The notes: generated from the sequence alone by a model not told the origin. A DNA stretch of 60,890 bases from a virus (IMGVR_UViG_3300031718_000011:1-60890), one strand, 5' to 3'. Positions 9,288 to 19,509 are shown, numbered from the stretch's first letter. Made by a program: numbers and translations.

Positions 9288-10190
9288 ATGCTTCGCGAAG
9301 ATCGCACAGACCACAATCGGCTTTCCCAAGAAGCGACGCGACGCCTCGCCGACAAATACATCCCGGCTGCAGGGCGCGACGTTACGCGCACAGACAATCT
9401 GCCGCCCGAGCCTGTAGTCAATGAAGCCGCCGTCAAGTCCTACGCCGCCGCGCTTATGGTATCGACGCCGGCAATCATGTCCGCACGCGACTCGCTGCCG
9501 CTGCTCAAGGCCTTCATCGCCGACAATCCCGTGTTTCAGAACGCGGCGGACTTACAAAGTGGCGGCGTCTGGATCGAAAGCGCCCGCAAGACGCTCGCCG
9601 CTTTAGAGGACGAGAGGAAGCCGAAAGTCGAACCGCTGAATGCCGCGCTCGCCATCATCAACGAGCCATATCGCCTCATCAAACAAGAGATCGAAGGCAC
9701 CAAACAAGCAAAGGGCTTGCTGGAAATCCTTGTCGATCGCTGGAACAAAGGCGAGAAGGCCGAGCGTCAGCGGCGTGAAGCGATTGCCGAGCAGGCACGC
9801 CTCGCGGCAGAGGAAGCCGCCCGCATTGCACAAGCGCTGATTGACCAGGCAAACGATGCCATCGCCGCCGCCGATGTTGGCGCCTGTGAGGACGTTGGTG
9901 GCGCCGTGATCGACGCCAAGACTGCAATCCGCGATGCCAATCTTCTAGACCGTACCGCCAACCGCGCCGAAAAGGAAATACATGTCCGCATCGCCAGTCA
10001 ACTTGGCGGCCGAGCGTTGGCGCCGCGCGAGCGCTCCATCATCGTGATCGACGATCTTGCCGCCGCCATCGAAGCCATCGGCCCGGTCGAAAATATCCTC
10101 ACCGCCGTTCGCCAATCCGCGAAGGCATTCAAGGAAGCTAACGGCAAACTGCCGAAGGGCTGTCGCGAAGATTACACAAGGAGTATCTGA
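9288..10190 (+). CDS. Long helical phage protein in the recombination region (Gp157/DUF1351-like)
   Basis: Coiled-coil LEDERK..VEPLN.A...IN..Y pattern and C-terminal LPKG motif. Confidence 0.5.
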   Translation: MLREDRTDHNRLSQEATRRLADKYIPAAGRDVTRTDNLPPEPVVNEAAVKSYAAALMVSTPAIMSARDSLPLLKAFIADNPVFQNAADLQSGGVWIESARKTLAALEDERKPKVEPLNAALAIINEPYRLIKQEIEGTKQAKGLLEILVDRWNKGEKAERQRREAIAEQARLAAEEAARIAQALIDQANDAIAAADVGACEDVGGAVIDAKTAIRDANLLDRTANRAEKEIHVRIASQLGGRALAPRERSIIVIDDLAAAIEAIGPVENILTAVRQSAKAFKEANGKLPKGCREDYTRSI

Positions 10191-10191
10191 C

Positions 10192-10824
10192 ATGAATGAC
10201 ACCACCAACACGGAACGTCCGCCGCTGGTCAAGATCGTCGGCACCGTCGCCGATATCATCTTGGCATCCGCTCACAACAAGCCCGGCAAGATCGAGCTTG
10301 AAAGCGGCAAAATCCTTCACGCCTTTTCCGATAAGCTACAGATGGTCAGGAAGGGTGAGGCTTACGACTTCGGTTGCGAGCCGACAGAATTCCGCGGCGT
10401 TCTCAATCACACCGTGCGGGCCGTGCGCGCTGCGGGCGGATCAGATAAGCAACTAGGCTCGACACCGGGAAATTTCGTCACCACCGAGGAAGTGCTGGCA
10501 CAGCGGCGTCCCCAACCGCAACGCGCTATCGACGCCCAAGCCGTATTGCTCAATAGCGGCCAGCCTGCCGCACAGCGTCCGGAGCCGCGCGGCGACTTTA
10601 CGGAGTTTCGGGAGCCGGCACGCGCGAAGCCGCAAGCGCCACAGCAAAACGGTTTCTATCGTCCTACTCATCCGGTCGATGCCGTCCGCATGTGGACCTG
10701 CGCCATGCTTACCAAAGATATCGAAATGGGCCGCGTCGGCACCACTGAGGATGAATTGGTTGAACGCGCCATCGTCCATCGCAACGTGTGGGAGCGCGTT
10801 TTCCCCAAAGACGATCAAGGTTAG
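10192..10824 (+). CDS. Hypothetical protein, possibly ssDNA-binding
   Basis: AAGGAG RBS, beta-rich N-terminus and Pro/Gln-rich linker, upstream of the exonuclease. Confidence 0.45.
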   Translation: MNDTTNTERPPLVKIVGTVADIILASAHNKPGKIELESGKILHAFSDKLQMVRKGEAYDFGCEPTEFRGVLNHTVRAVRAAGGSDKQLGSTPGNFVTTEEVLAQRRPQPQRAIDAQAVLLNSGQPAAQRPEPRGDFTEFREPARAKPQAPQQNGFYRPTHPVDAVRMWTCAMLTKDIEMGRVGTTEDELVERAIVHRNVWERVFPKDDQG

Positions 10825-10838
10825 GAGCAATAATCATC

Positions 10839-11444
10839 ATGTATGCAATCGTGGACACGGAAACATCAGGGCTATTCCGCTGGGATCAGCCAGCCGACGC
10901 CGAAGGCCAACCGCGCCTCGCACACTTGGCGATGATCTTTCTTGACGCCGATCTGCAGGAGGAAAGCGTCGTCGATCTTTTGGTGAAGCCCGATGGCTGG
11001 ACGATGCCGCCCGAGGTTGCCGCGATCAATCACCTTCCCAACGAGCTTTTGTTGGAGAAGGGATTGCCGGTCGCGCACGTACTGCAAGCGTACACCGACG
11101 CCGTGGATCAGGGACGGATCATCATCTGTCACAACGCTCAGTACGACACCAAGATCATGAGAGGTGAACTGCGCCGCGCCGGCATGGATGATCGTTTCGA
11201 GCGAACGCCGAACATCTGTACCATGCGCGCCTTGACTGAGATTTGCCGGATTCCGAAGGTGAACGGGAAGGGCTTCAAGTTTCCGAAACTATCGGAAGCG
11301 ATGGCGCATTTCCAGATCGAACAGCACGGCGCCCACTCTGCTGGCGGCGATGCGCGGTCTGCGCTTGAGCTTTTCCGCAAGCTGAAAGAGATTGGGCGAT
11401 GTCCGGAGCCGAACATCAACTTCGCGAAGGAAAAGGTTGGATAG
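10839..11444 (+). CDS. DEDDh 3'-5' exonuclease (DnaQ-like)
   Basis: DTETSG, HNAQYD and HSAGGD motifs. Confidence 0.92.
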   Translation: MYAIVDTETSGLFRWDQPADAEGQPRLAHLAMIFLDADLQEESVVDLLVKPDGWTMPPEVAAINHLPNELLLEKGLPVAHVLQAYTDAVDQGRIIICHNAQYDTKIMRGELRRAGMDDRFERTPNICTMRALTEICRIPKVNGKGFKFPKLSEAMAHFQIEQHGAHSAGGDARSALELFRKLKEIGRCPEPNINFAKEKVG

Positions 11445-11760
11445 CTTGGCTACCTTGGCTCTCGACAATCCTGCCAGGATTTTACGGCCATAGAGGATAA
11501 AGAATAAAATGCGCGCTATGGAGATTTTTGCTCTGCGGTTTTTGGTGCGATCCAATCGCCTTATTCTTGAGGCAATAATTGCTGATGCACCACCTACCGA
11601 AGATTGGAAAGAGAGAGCCTATAAAGTGTTCGAATACGACAGGCTTATGAAAATCGACGACGAACTATAGGTGCTGACTGTGGAACAACAACAACCTCTA
11701 TGGCCGTAAAAACCTCACAACCGAATCGACAGCCAAGGTAGCCAGTCTAACCAAACAAAC
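11436..11760. repeat. Inverted repeat pair, family 2 (11436..11496 and 11695..11760), flanking a small ORF
   Basis: TGGCTACCTTGGC-N20-TTTTACGGCCATAGAGG on both arms, pointing inward. Confidence 0.9.
11509..11670 (+). CDS. 53-aa hypothetical protein between family-2 repeats (not in the ORF track)
   Basis: MRAMEIFALRFLVRSNRLILEAIIADAPPTEDWKERAYKVFEYDRLMKIDDEL. The GAGG of the repeat could serve as its RBS. Confidence 0.55.
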   Translation: MRAMEIFALRFLVRSNRLILEAIIADAPPTEDWKERAYKVFEYDRLMKIDDEL

Positions 11761-11764
11761 GCCC

Positions 11765-12193
11765 ATGCAACACACTCGCCCTCAACGCATCCCCACCACG
11801 TCGCACCCCGGCGACTTGCTCAAACGCGCCTTCGGCATAGCGCAGCGGATCAAGCTGAAAGTCGTCGGTGATTCCGATCCGATCTATCTGGCAATGATCC
11901 GACAACTTCCATGTCTCGGCTGCAACGACGAACCGAGCCAAGCCGCCCACGTGCGAATGCAATCCGGGACCCACAACAAACACGGCGGCATGGGCAAGAA
12001 ACCACACGACAAATGGGCCGTCCCACTTTGCTTTGACTGCCACCGAGAACAGCACCGAATCGGCGAACGCGCGTTTTGGTCTATCGTCGGAATAAATCCT
12101 TTGTTGCTCGCCGAAAGACTCTATGCAGCGCGCGGGGATTTGGTTAGAATGCGCGATGTTGTGTTTGCGGCGCGGGTAGGGATTTTGAAGTAG
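11765..12193 (+). CDS. DUF968/HNH-like zinc-binding nuclease
   Basis: YL..IRQLPC..C......AAH...GMG.KP.D.WAVPLC..CH.EQH..GE..FW. Confidence 0.8.
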   Translation: MQHTRPQRIPTTSHPGDLLKRAFGIAQRIKLKVVGDSDPIYLAMIRQLPCLGCNDEPSQAAHVRMQSGTHNKHGGMGKKPHDKWAVPLCFDCHREQHRIGERAFWSIVGINPLLLAERLYAARGDLVRMRDVVFAARVGILK

Positions 12194-12234
12194 GCACATT
12201 CGACAGGTTAACCGGTAAATTCAAGGAGATAGTC

Positions 12235-12528
12235 ATGGTCGCATTTTTAGTTGCCTCTGTGGTGCTGGGTGTTGTGGCCATGATTTTAGTAGCCACGTTG
12301 CTTCGCGGCTGGGCGCTCAGCGTCCTTTGGGGATGGTTCGTCGTACCGATCTTCGGGGTGCCGGCGCTCGGGATCGCTCAGGCGATTGCTGTGGCGATGG
12401 TGGTCTCCATGCTCACACATCAATACGTGCCGTCAAAAGAAAAGGACACATGGGGTCCGTGGGCGCAGATATTTCTCGCACCACTTTTTGCGGTCGGCAT
12501 CGGCTGGATCGTCAAGCAATACATCTAG
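12235..12528 (+). CDS. Small multi-pass membrane protein
   Basis: Three hydrophobic segments and an AAGGAG RBS. Confidence 0.7.
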   Translation: MVAFLVASVVLGVVAMILVATLLRGWALSVLWGWFVVPIFGVPALGIAQAIAVAMVVSMLTHQYVPSKEKDTWGPWAQIFLAPLFAVGIGWIVKQYI

Positions 12529-12559
12529 GCATAAACAACAAGTTAACACGGAGAGTCCG

Positions 12560-12946
12560 ATGTCTCGTTTTGGGGTGATATTGATCTTGTTCGGCGGCGC
12601 TTTGGTGTTGCGTATTTTCTGGTCCTACAATCCTAGCCTTATATCGTGCTGCGCTTTTTGGGCGACCATGGGACTTAGCAACATTGTGCTCCGGCAATGG
12701 TGGGCAATTCCAGGCTTCCTATGTAATGCAACCGCGACCATCGCCAACGGCGGCTACATGCCATCGAACCACGACATACCGCGCACGGGCATCTACGTGG
12801 CGCTGACGCAAGAAAGCAGCCTTCCATATCTGTGTGATTATTTTGACGGTGTTAGCATCGGAGATTTTCTTGTGCTGGTCGGGTTCGGCGTGCTGATCGC
12901 AACAACTTTCTGGAAAGCAAAAAAAGATCGCGCACTCGCGCACTGA
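12560..12946 (+). CDS. DUF5317-like membrane protein
   Basis: G...N...IANGG.MP...L.YLCD....SIGD.L motif. Confidence 0.65.
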   Translation: MSRFGVILILFGGALVLRIFWSYNPSLISCCAFWATMGLSNIVLRQWWAIPGFLCNATATIANGGYMPSNHDIPRTGIYVALTQESSLPYLCDYFDGVSIGDFLVLVGFGVLIATTFWKAKKDRALAH

Positions 12947-13159
12947 TACGGAATTAACAGGCAACTCCATGGACAAGCCCAAGATCATCACTTGCCATGT
13001 TCATCCGCCGATTCCGATGCGGTACTTCGATTGGTGCGCCTATCGGGATGGCCAAGAGGAAGGGCCGGTCGGCTGGGGATCGTTTGAACTGGCCGCTATC
13101 GAAGATTTGCAGGGCCTCGAAGAAGTCATGGAGTGTGAGGACGCCATGGGACAGTCGAT

Positions 13160-13588
13160 ATGAGCGCGCCACGCGGCGGCTATTGGCGCGGAGAGATTGG
13201 TGAGGCACCGCGACGCTTCGGACCTGATCCAGATTATCGGCCGCCAGAGCCGGAATGGCGGATGCCACCGATAGTAAAGCCGGGACCGTTTTTTACGATC
13301 ACAGGAAAGGACGACAGAATGAGTTGGGCTTATCGCGGCACGGGGATGCCACAGGCAATTCTCCGAGCAATGAATGAGCAGTTGCAGCGACAAAAATGTT
13401 CCGAGCCGGAAGAAACCATCAAGAACGAGGTTTTGGAAGTCGCCGAAACTTGCCTTGAGGCGTTCCCGCCAGATCATCCGGTGGACGTCGAGGCCAGCGG
13501 TAGTCAGAGCAGCATCGGTGGCGAAGGCGTCGCCGTCAACCAACTGACGCTCACGATCAAGCCGCTGTGGGGCTTTCTCAAGGAATAG
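13160..13588 (+). CDS. Hypothetical protein
   Basis: Coupled ORF in the accessory operon. Confidence 0.5.
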   Translation: MSAPRGGYWRGEIGEAPRRFGPDPDYRPPEPEWRMPPIVKPGPFFTITGKDDRMSWAYRGTGMPQAILRAMNEQLQRQKCSEPEETIKNEVLEVAETCLEAFPPDHPVDVEASGSQSSIGGEGVAVNQLTLTIKPLWGFLKE

Positions 13589-13591
13589 CCG

Positions 13592-13843
13592 ATGAATTGG
13601 TTTTGGGACCAGCGCCAGCGATGGATTGCCGAAACGGTAGGCATTTTCGGCTTCATCAATCGCGAGCACATCGTCCGCAAGTTCGGCGTGTCAGTCCCGC
13701 AGGCATCCACAGACCTGCGGGATTTTCAGCGCCTTCATCCGAACGCCATCCGCTACGATAAGACTGCGAAGCGGTACGTCGCGTTTGATGCCGAGGCCGC
13801 GATCTACCATGGCGACGTAGATGGCGATTGCGCACTCGCGTAG
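13592..13843 (+). CDS. Stand-alone winged-HTH resembling the N-terminal domain of WYL (CapW/BrxR-like) repressors
   Basis: QR..WI......G.INR..I..KFGVS.PQAS.DL.DF....P..I.YD...K.Y. Confidence 0.7.
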   Translation: MNWFWDQRQRWIAETVGIFGFINREHIVRKFGVSVPQASTDLRDFQRLHPNAIRYDKTAKRYVAFDAEAAIYHGDVDGDCALA

Positions 13844-13873
13844 CCGAGTAATGACAGATATGTCGCCAGAATC

Positions 13874-14323
13874 ATGAGCACGAAAATGACCATAGAGCGG
13901 TTGGGGTTGGATGAAGCGAACGCTTTCGTGCGCGAGCATCATCGCCACCACAAGCCCGTGGTCGGCCATCTATTCAGCATCGGTGCGGCGCTCGACGGCA
14001 AGATCGTTGGAATAGCGATTGTCGGGCGCCCGGTGGCCCGTGGTCGCGATGACGGCGTGACCGCGGAAGTCACGCGCCTCGCCACGGACGGCACCCGCAA
14101 CGCTTGCTCGTTCCTGTACGGGGCTTCCGCGCGGGCGGCCTTCGCGCTCGGCTTCAAACGAATCGGAACTTACATCCTTGCCAGCGAGCCCGGCAAATCG
14201 TTGTCAGCTGCGGGCTGGCGTCAGATTGGCGAGGTCCGCGGTCGGTCCTGGTCATGCCCGATGCGCCCTCGCGTGGACAAGCACCCCACGCAAGCAAAAC
14301 TCCTATTTGAGGTCACGCCATGA
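13874..14323 (+). CDS. XF1762-family GNAT/Mom-like protein
   Basis: EANAFV..HHRHH.P..G..FSIG, VGRPVAR..DDG.T.EVTRL.TDG..NACSFLYGA, TYIL..E.G.SL.AAGW. Confidence 0.85.
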   Translation: MSTKMTIERLGLDEANAFVREHHRHHKPVVGHLFSIGAALDGKIVGIAIVGRPVARGRDDGVTAEVTRLATDGTRNACSFLYGASARAAFALGFKRIGTYILASEPGKSLSAAGWRQIGEVRGRSWSCPMRPRVDKHPTQAKLLFEVTP

Positions 14324-14878
14324 TGGCGCGGGACAAATTCAGCATGGCCGCAAGCTTTATCGTAGAAGAGCACATTCGGATTTACGATAAAATGGTGCCC
14401 CACCCCGACATGATTAAGAACGCCATTGCTCGCGAATTGGAGGCGACTTGGAATGAGGCAATCGGTACAGCCGAAAGCGTCGTTGGCGGTCTTAGACAGG
14501 GAAGGGGTTGAGTTATGACCGAATACGAATTGGACTGTGTCAGACAGGCATTCGAGCACGCTTTGAAAGTCGGAGCGCCAGGCCTGTCAGAAACCACCCG
14601 GAACTCGCTCGCGATAAACGCCACGATTAGGCTGCGGCATCAACTCAACGTGCCGAGGCCGCTGAATATCAAAATCGAGGATACGAGTCTCGCATGACCG
14701 AAGCGTGGGACTATCTGGAAAAAGAACCTGCGCAGGACGCGCCAGATTCCGACAATCCATCGGGATTGTATTGCCCGTCATGCCGGTTCGCTGGCGCAGC
14801 GCATTGTGCTCACCCGGAATGGTGCGGCGGAATGCGTTTGATGAAACGGGCACTAACTTCTGCAATGTCGGGAAAACC

Positions 14879-15694
14879 ATGAAGCCTTTGGCGATCGATC
14901 TATTCTGCGGATTAGGCGGCTGGACCGAAGGCTTGCTTGCCGAAGGCTACGACGTGGTTGGATTCGACATAGAGCGGCACCAATACGGCGATCACCGCTA
15001 CCCCGGCTTGCTGGTCATCCAAGACGTGACCACGCTCCACGGCTCGCAATTCAAGAATGCAGCCCTAATCGTCGCGTCGCCGCCATGTCAGGAATACTCC
15101 TACATGGCGATGCCCTGGAAAGTGGCGAAGGCGAAAGGCGCCGCGATTCGGGCCGACAAGACGGGTGCGGCACTTGAACGGCTCAATCGTCTTTTCAACG
15201 CCTGCCTGCGCATTCAGCGGGAGGCGTGCGAGGCCGCCGACCGACACATTCCGCTGATTATTGAAAATGTGAAAGGCGCCCAGCCTTGGGTCGGGCGAGC
15301 TCGCTGGTCGTTCGGCAGTTTTTACTTGTGGGGAGACGTGCCGGCACTTATGCCAATCACCTTCAAGGCCCGGAAGGCCAGCGGCATGAATTGGAGCGAC
15401 CAAACGAAACGCGGGCAGGACTTCACTCGAATCGCTGGCGAGCAAGCCATCAAAAACACTGGCGGCTCATGGTTCAATATCGGCTCGCCAGGTCAAAAGG
15501 TCTTGGCGCAAAATCCCATTCACGACGGCCTCAAAGGCAAAGGCGGGACGTGGTTTCACGAATATGGGCCGGGACAGGGCACGCGAAATTTCAGTTCCAA
15601 GTCGCCTAAGCGAAAGTTTCTAAGTGCAATGATCGCGAAGATACCGACGCCGCTCAGCCGCCACATCGCGGCGACGTTTCTCCCGGTTAACTGA
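14879..15694 (+). CDS. DNA cytosine-C5 methyltransferase
   Basis: DLFCGLGG (motif I), SPPCQ (motif IV), ENV (motif VI). Confidence 0.85.
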   Translation: MKPLAIDLFCGLGGWTEGLLAEGYDVVGFDIERHQYGDHRYPGLLVIQDVTTLHGSQFKNAALIVASPPCQEYSYMAMPWKVAKAKGAAIRADKTGAALERLNRLFNACLRIQREACEAADRHIPLIIENVKGAQPWVGRARWSFGSFYLWGDVPALMPITFKARKASGMNWSDQTKRGQDFTRIAGEQAIKNTGGSWFNIGSPGQKVLAQNPIHDGLKGKGGTWFHEYGPGQGTRNFSSKSPKRKFLSAMIAKIPTPLSRHIAATFLPVN

Positions 15695-15951
15695 GGTAAT
15701 GCCGGCGCCATAGCAGCGGTCAAAGACAAGGGCCGCTAGGTGATGATCCCAGCGGCCCGATTTCAAAACTCCAAAACCTTGCAAGAATTTGAAAAGGGAT
15801 GGGGTTACTTCATGGCTGCCTCCTGGGTCATGCCGTCATCACCGGCTAGGGTTCGGGGCACCGCGGCACCCCTTGTGCCAGACCAATCACGCCCAAAAAT
15901 AAATAGCAAGCCCCGCTTGACTTCTTTTTCAATGCAGGCATATTAAGCAAC

Positions 15952-16152
15952 ATGAAACTGCATCAAGCCATAGCCTTCGCCCGCGAGTGTAGCGGATTGA
16001 CCCTCCGGGAACTTGAAAAAAAGACCGGCATATCCAATGCGCTCTTATCGCAAATCGAGCGGGGCGAAGTCAAAAATCCGAGCTTCAAAACCGTCATCAA
16101 AATCAGCGCGGAGCTTGGAATTTCCCTCAAACGATTAGCAGAGTGTGAGTGA
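15952..16152 (+). CDS. XRE-family HTH regulator
   Basis: GLTLRELEKKTGISNALLSQIERG..KNPS, with an upstream TTGACT promoter-like box at about 15917. Confidence 0.88.
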   Translation: MKLHQAIAFARECSGLTLRELEKKTGISNALLSQIERGEVKNPSFKTVIKISAELGISLKRLAECE

Positions 16153-17458
16153 TGAACCTCCGCGCCCTAATGGCCACCTACCGCAGCGACCCAATATCGG
16201 GTTTCTACAAGCTCGAATATTGCACGCGGCGCTATTACGAGGCTGCGCGATGACGCCAAACACAGCAGTTCATATTGTCATCATGGGACAGTTGGCCAGC
16301 GTGTTTGTTATGATGATTTTGCGCTACCTACTGGCCGGCTAACTTGAAAAATGACATGACCATCCTTCCCGCCGACAAAATCCCAACCGACGCCCCGTCA
16401 TTTCGGAAATGGGCCGATGCCACCTGCCCGCAATGGCCCGGCGAACTGCAAGTCCTCGCCTATCGCGCTTGGCAATGGCTGGAAGGCATGTCGTTTAGGA
16501 CGGCTGCGGACCATGAGGCGTTTATGGCGGGGTATAGGAAATTCACGGGAGCGGTGTGATGGTTGACTGGAAAATCAGAGCCGAAGTGTTGGCTGACCCT
16601 GATCACAGCGACGGCGTGAAACGAGCGATGATGCGGTTTTGGTTAGCGGCGGACAAATACGACGCTGAGAAAGCCGCCGATGGCGCAGCTATGGATGCCG
16701 CGCCATTTGAGACAACGGGCGGCCGATCTTACCGATGAGATACAGCCGCGCCAGCCGGGAGAATACCCATACCGTGCAGCGGATGCGGATGGAAAAGAGC
16801 AGCGAGAAGGTGGCGTGATGACGATAGCAACCAAAGTTGACGCCGTGGTCGAGCTTATGCGCGAATGTCAGCGCAATAAATGTTCTGACACGGCCGCAAA
16901 GCGAGTGGTCAAAGCCTGCCGTCTACTCGGCATCCAAGGTGATGAAATGATTCGGGTGCTCCAATGGATTGGCTACTGTCAATCCGATGGAACGCCATAT
17001 GGTAAGATCAAGCGTATCTGGTAATCGACTTTTGCGTCGTTAACACGGAGAACTCCAATGCGAACATTTACGCGCCGGATGAAAGTAAGTCCAACAATCC
17101 CTCTAGCATATTGGGAGACATGGCACGTCCGGGATGGCTGCGGGCGTCTGGCCGAAACATGGACTGTTGTCGAAATTGAAGAACACAAAAAAACAAAGTT
17201 CATGACGGTCGAAATCGAAGAACATCGAGCCGGCTAACACGGGGTTAACATGGGATTTTTAAGCGACATGGACGATCCGCAACGCAATCTCCCGGATGCA
17301 AAGGACATGCACTTGAAGCGCCCGGTGCGCTGCGAGGGCGGTGGCTGTGAATGGATTGGCCTCAACGGCGATCTAATCGCAAAGGATAAACTGCGTTGTC
17401 CTGAGTGTGGCAGCGACCAGATTCGCTACTTCATCAGCAAAGCGCCGGTGAACGTACA

Positions 17459-18280
17459 ATGATCGCCGCTCTTTTCGTTGAACCTGTGGGCGTCTATTCC
17501 AATGTGGTAGACGTGGACGCATGGCCAATCGAACGAGACGCTCGCCGCTATGCCGGCCCCTGGCCCGTAGTGGCTCACCCAGACTGCAAACGGTGGGGGC
17601 GCTTCTGGCATGGCTCGACGCGCAAACCTCACCAGTTCAAGCTAGGCGATGATGACGGGTGCTTTGAAGCGGCATTGCGAGCCGTACGGACATGGGGCGG
17701 CGTACTTGAACATCCGGCCGATAGCCATGCCTGGCGGACATTCGGTTTGAATGTTCCGCCGCGTTCTGGCGGCTGGGTGTCTGCGGACTTTTTCGGCGGC
17801 TGGACCTGCTACGTCGAACAGGGGTGGTATGGTCACATGAGCCGCAAACCGACGTGGCTCTACGCTTGCCACGTTGAGCCGCCGCCGCTCCGCTGGGGGC
17901 GCGGTGAGCAACGGCTACACGCGGTCGCCCTTGCAAAACATGGTTATGAAAAAGCGCGCCGCATCGGCATGATGGCGATGATAGGCGGCAAGGATAAAAC
18001 GAAGATCAGGAATGCGACGCCGGTCGAGTTTCGAGACCTGCTGATCGCAATCGCGTCGAACAAACAGGCACTATGCAGGACGTTAATGCCCATGAGTGAC
18101 GCTCAATTTGATGCGATGCTTGAACATCCACCTATATGCGCGTTTTGGTCAGGCGATGACGGCGCCAAATGCACATGCGGCCGAAGATACCTATCCATCA
18201 AAGATGAGGGCGGTAACCACACCGGATATTGGAAGGACACAGAGAGCGAGGAAGTAGTGACGTTTGATGATGCCTACTAA
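17459..18280 (+). CDS. Divergent C5-methyltransferase-like phage protein with a C-terminal extension
   Basis: IAALFV...DAR.Y.GP.PVVAHPDC..W...GGVLEHP...H..RK.TWLY pattern. The usual PPC is PDC here. Confidence 0.55.
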   Translation: MIAALFVEPVGVYSNVVDVDAWPIERDARRYAGPWPVVAHPDCKRWGRFWHGSTRKPHQFKLGDDDGCFEAALRAVRTWGGVLEHPADSHAWRTFGLNVPPRSGGWVSADFFGGWTCYVEQGWYGHMSRKPTWLYACHVEPPPLRWGRGEQRLHAVALAKHGYEKARRIGMMAMIGGKDKTKIRNATPVEFRDLLIAIASNKQALCRTLMPMSDAQFDAMLEHPPICAFWSGDDGAKCTCGRRYLSIKDEGGNHTGYWKDTESEEVVTFDDAY

Positions 18281-18308
18281 CCCGCCGAACAACCGCTAGG
18301 AAAAAACC

Positions 18309-18524
18309 ATGACTGAAAAACAGCCGATAGCAACCGCGCCCAAGGACGGCACTTGGATTTTTGTCAGCAAGGGACCGTTCGAAATTCTTGCTCGATGGGA
18401 CGGGGGATTTATCGGCTCCGATCCTGGATGGTGCAGTGTGAGGAACGGAAGCCGCGTCAGGTTTGAACCCGACCAATGGCGACGGCACCCGGAAGATTCT
18501 CAGGCGTGCGCAGCAGCCGGTTAA
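18309..18524 (+). CDS. DUF551-like small phage protein
   Basis: QPIATAPKDGT...W...P..W...P. Confidence 0.65.
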   Translation: MTEKQPIATAPKDGTWIFVSKGPFEILARWDGGFIGSDPGWCSVRNGSRVRFEPDQWRRHPEDSQACAAAG

Positions 18525-18548
18525 CCCGTCCAATGTCGGGAGGATCAA

Positions 18549-18746
18549 ATGGACCGCGATGAACTTTTGAAAGGTTTAACAGCCGTGGTGCAGTATCGCC
18601 GCAAGGATCAAGGCGAGTACTTTGACTCATGGCACACCATGGCTGCGTTCGATGTGCCGGGGCCAGCTGAGCGGTACTGTAATTCGCAGGCCGCCGACGC
18701 TCCATGGGAATATCGTTGGCTCGAAATTCCAGACGCTAATCAGTAG
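18549..18746 (+). CDS. Hypothetical protein, paralog of the 8085 N-terminus
   Basis: VVQYRR....DSWHTMAAFD and a GGAGG RBS. Confidence 0.65.
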   Translation: MDRDELLKGLTAVVQYRRKDQGEYFDSWHTMAAFDVPGPAERYCNSQAADAPWEYRWLEIPDANQ

Positions 18747-19509
18747 TCAACTTGGAACCAGACAAATGGGCTACAAGCCGCGCTGCGCAACTCCCGGAGC
18801 TAAATACGGGACCACCATCGGCAGCAAGAAGATCACACTTACCATCGATCTTCCGCATGATATTCTGAAGGGCTTGGGTCAAGAGCGCCGCGATCATCTT
18901 TCGCGCTCCCTTCATAACGCAATTCTTCCGGTCATCGAAGGCGTATTTCTCGAACAATGGCCAAAATTGGCAGGAGAAAAGATTGACTCAGAGAGGATGC
19001 CCCTTACTTGGAGCGAACTATTCCGAAGCGACTCGTGAGCGCGACGAGGCACAAACATCACATCAACCGGAGATCGCCGTGAGCATCGTCCAACTTGATA
19101 CGAGCGTCTATGTGACCACGCCGTTCGGGAAGGCGCGGTGCGACTTTCTTTGGGAGCACAACGACGAACTTTGGTGGGGATGCTGGCAGGATCAGACTGG
19201 CGAAATTTGGTGGTGGCCTAATCCGCTCGTGCGCCTGACGTTGGATATTTCTGACGGGCGCTACAAAGTTACGGCGATTACGCTTCCACCTGGAATGAAG
19301 GCTGCCCTTACGCCACATGTCGCCAGATACGAGGGCGTCGAGCTGGTAGAGCGCGGTTAAACCCCCATGAGTGGGCAATCCATGAAATTCCTGTGGTGCT
19401 GGTTCTGCTACAAGCTCACGAGCAAGTGGTGGCCGTTCAATACCATGCTTATCCGGTTGACACCCACAGCTACCCATGCTAGGTAAATGGCCAGACAAAG
19501 GAGACGGTC

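Noticed and set aside
15695-15775. Possible tRNA or riboswitch after the methyltransferase
   Set aside because: No cloverleaf or T-loop consensus. Only one GGGCCGCT/AGCGGCCC hairpin, consistent with a terminator-like structure.
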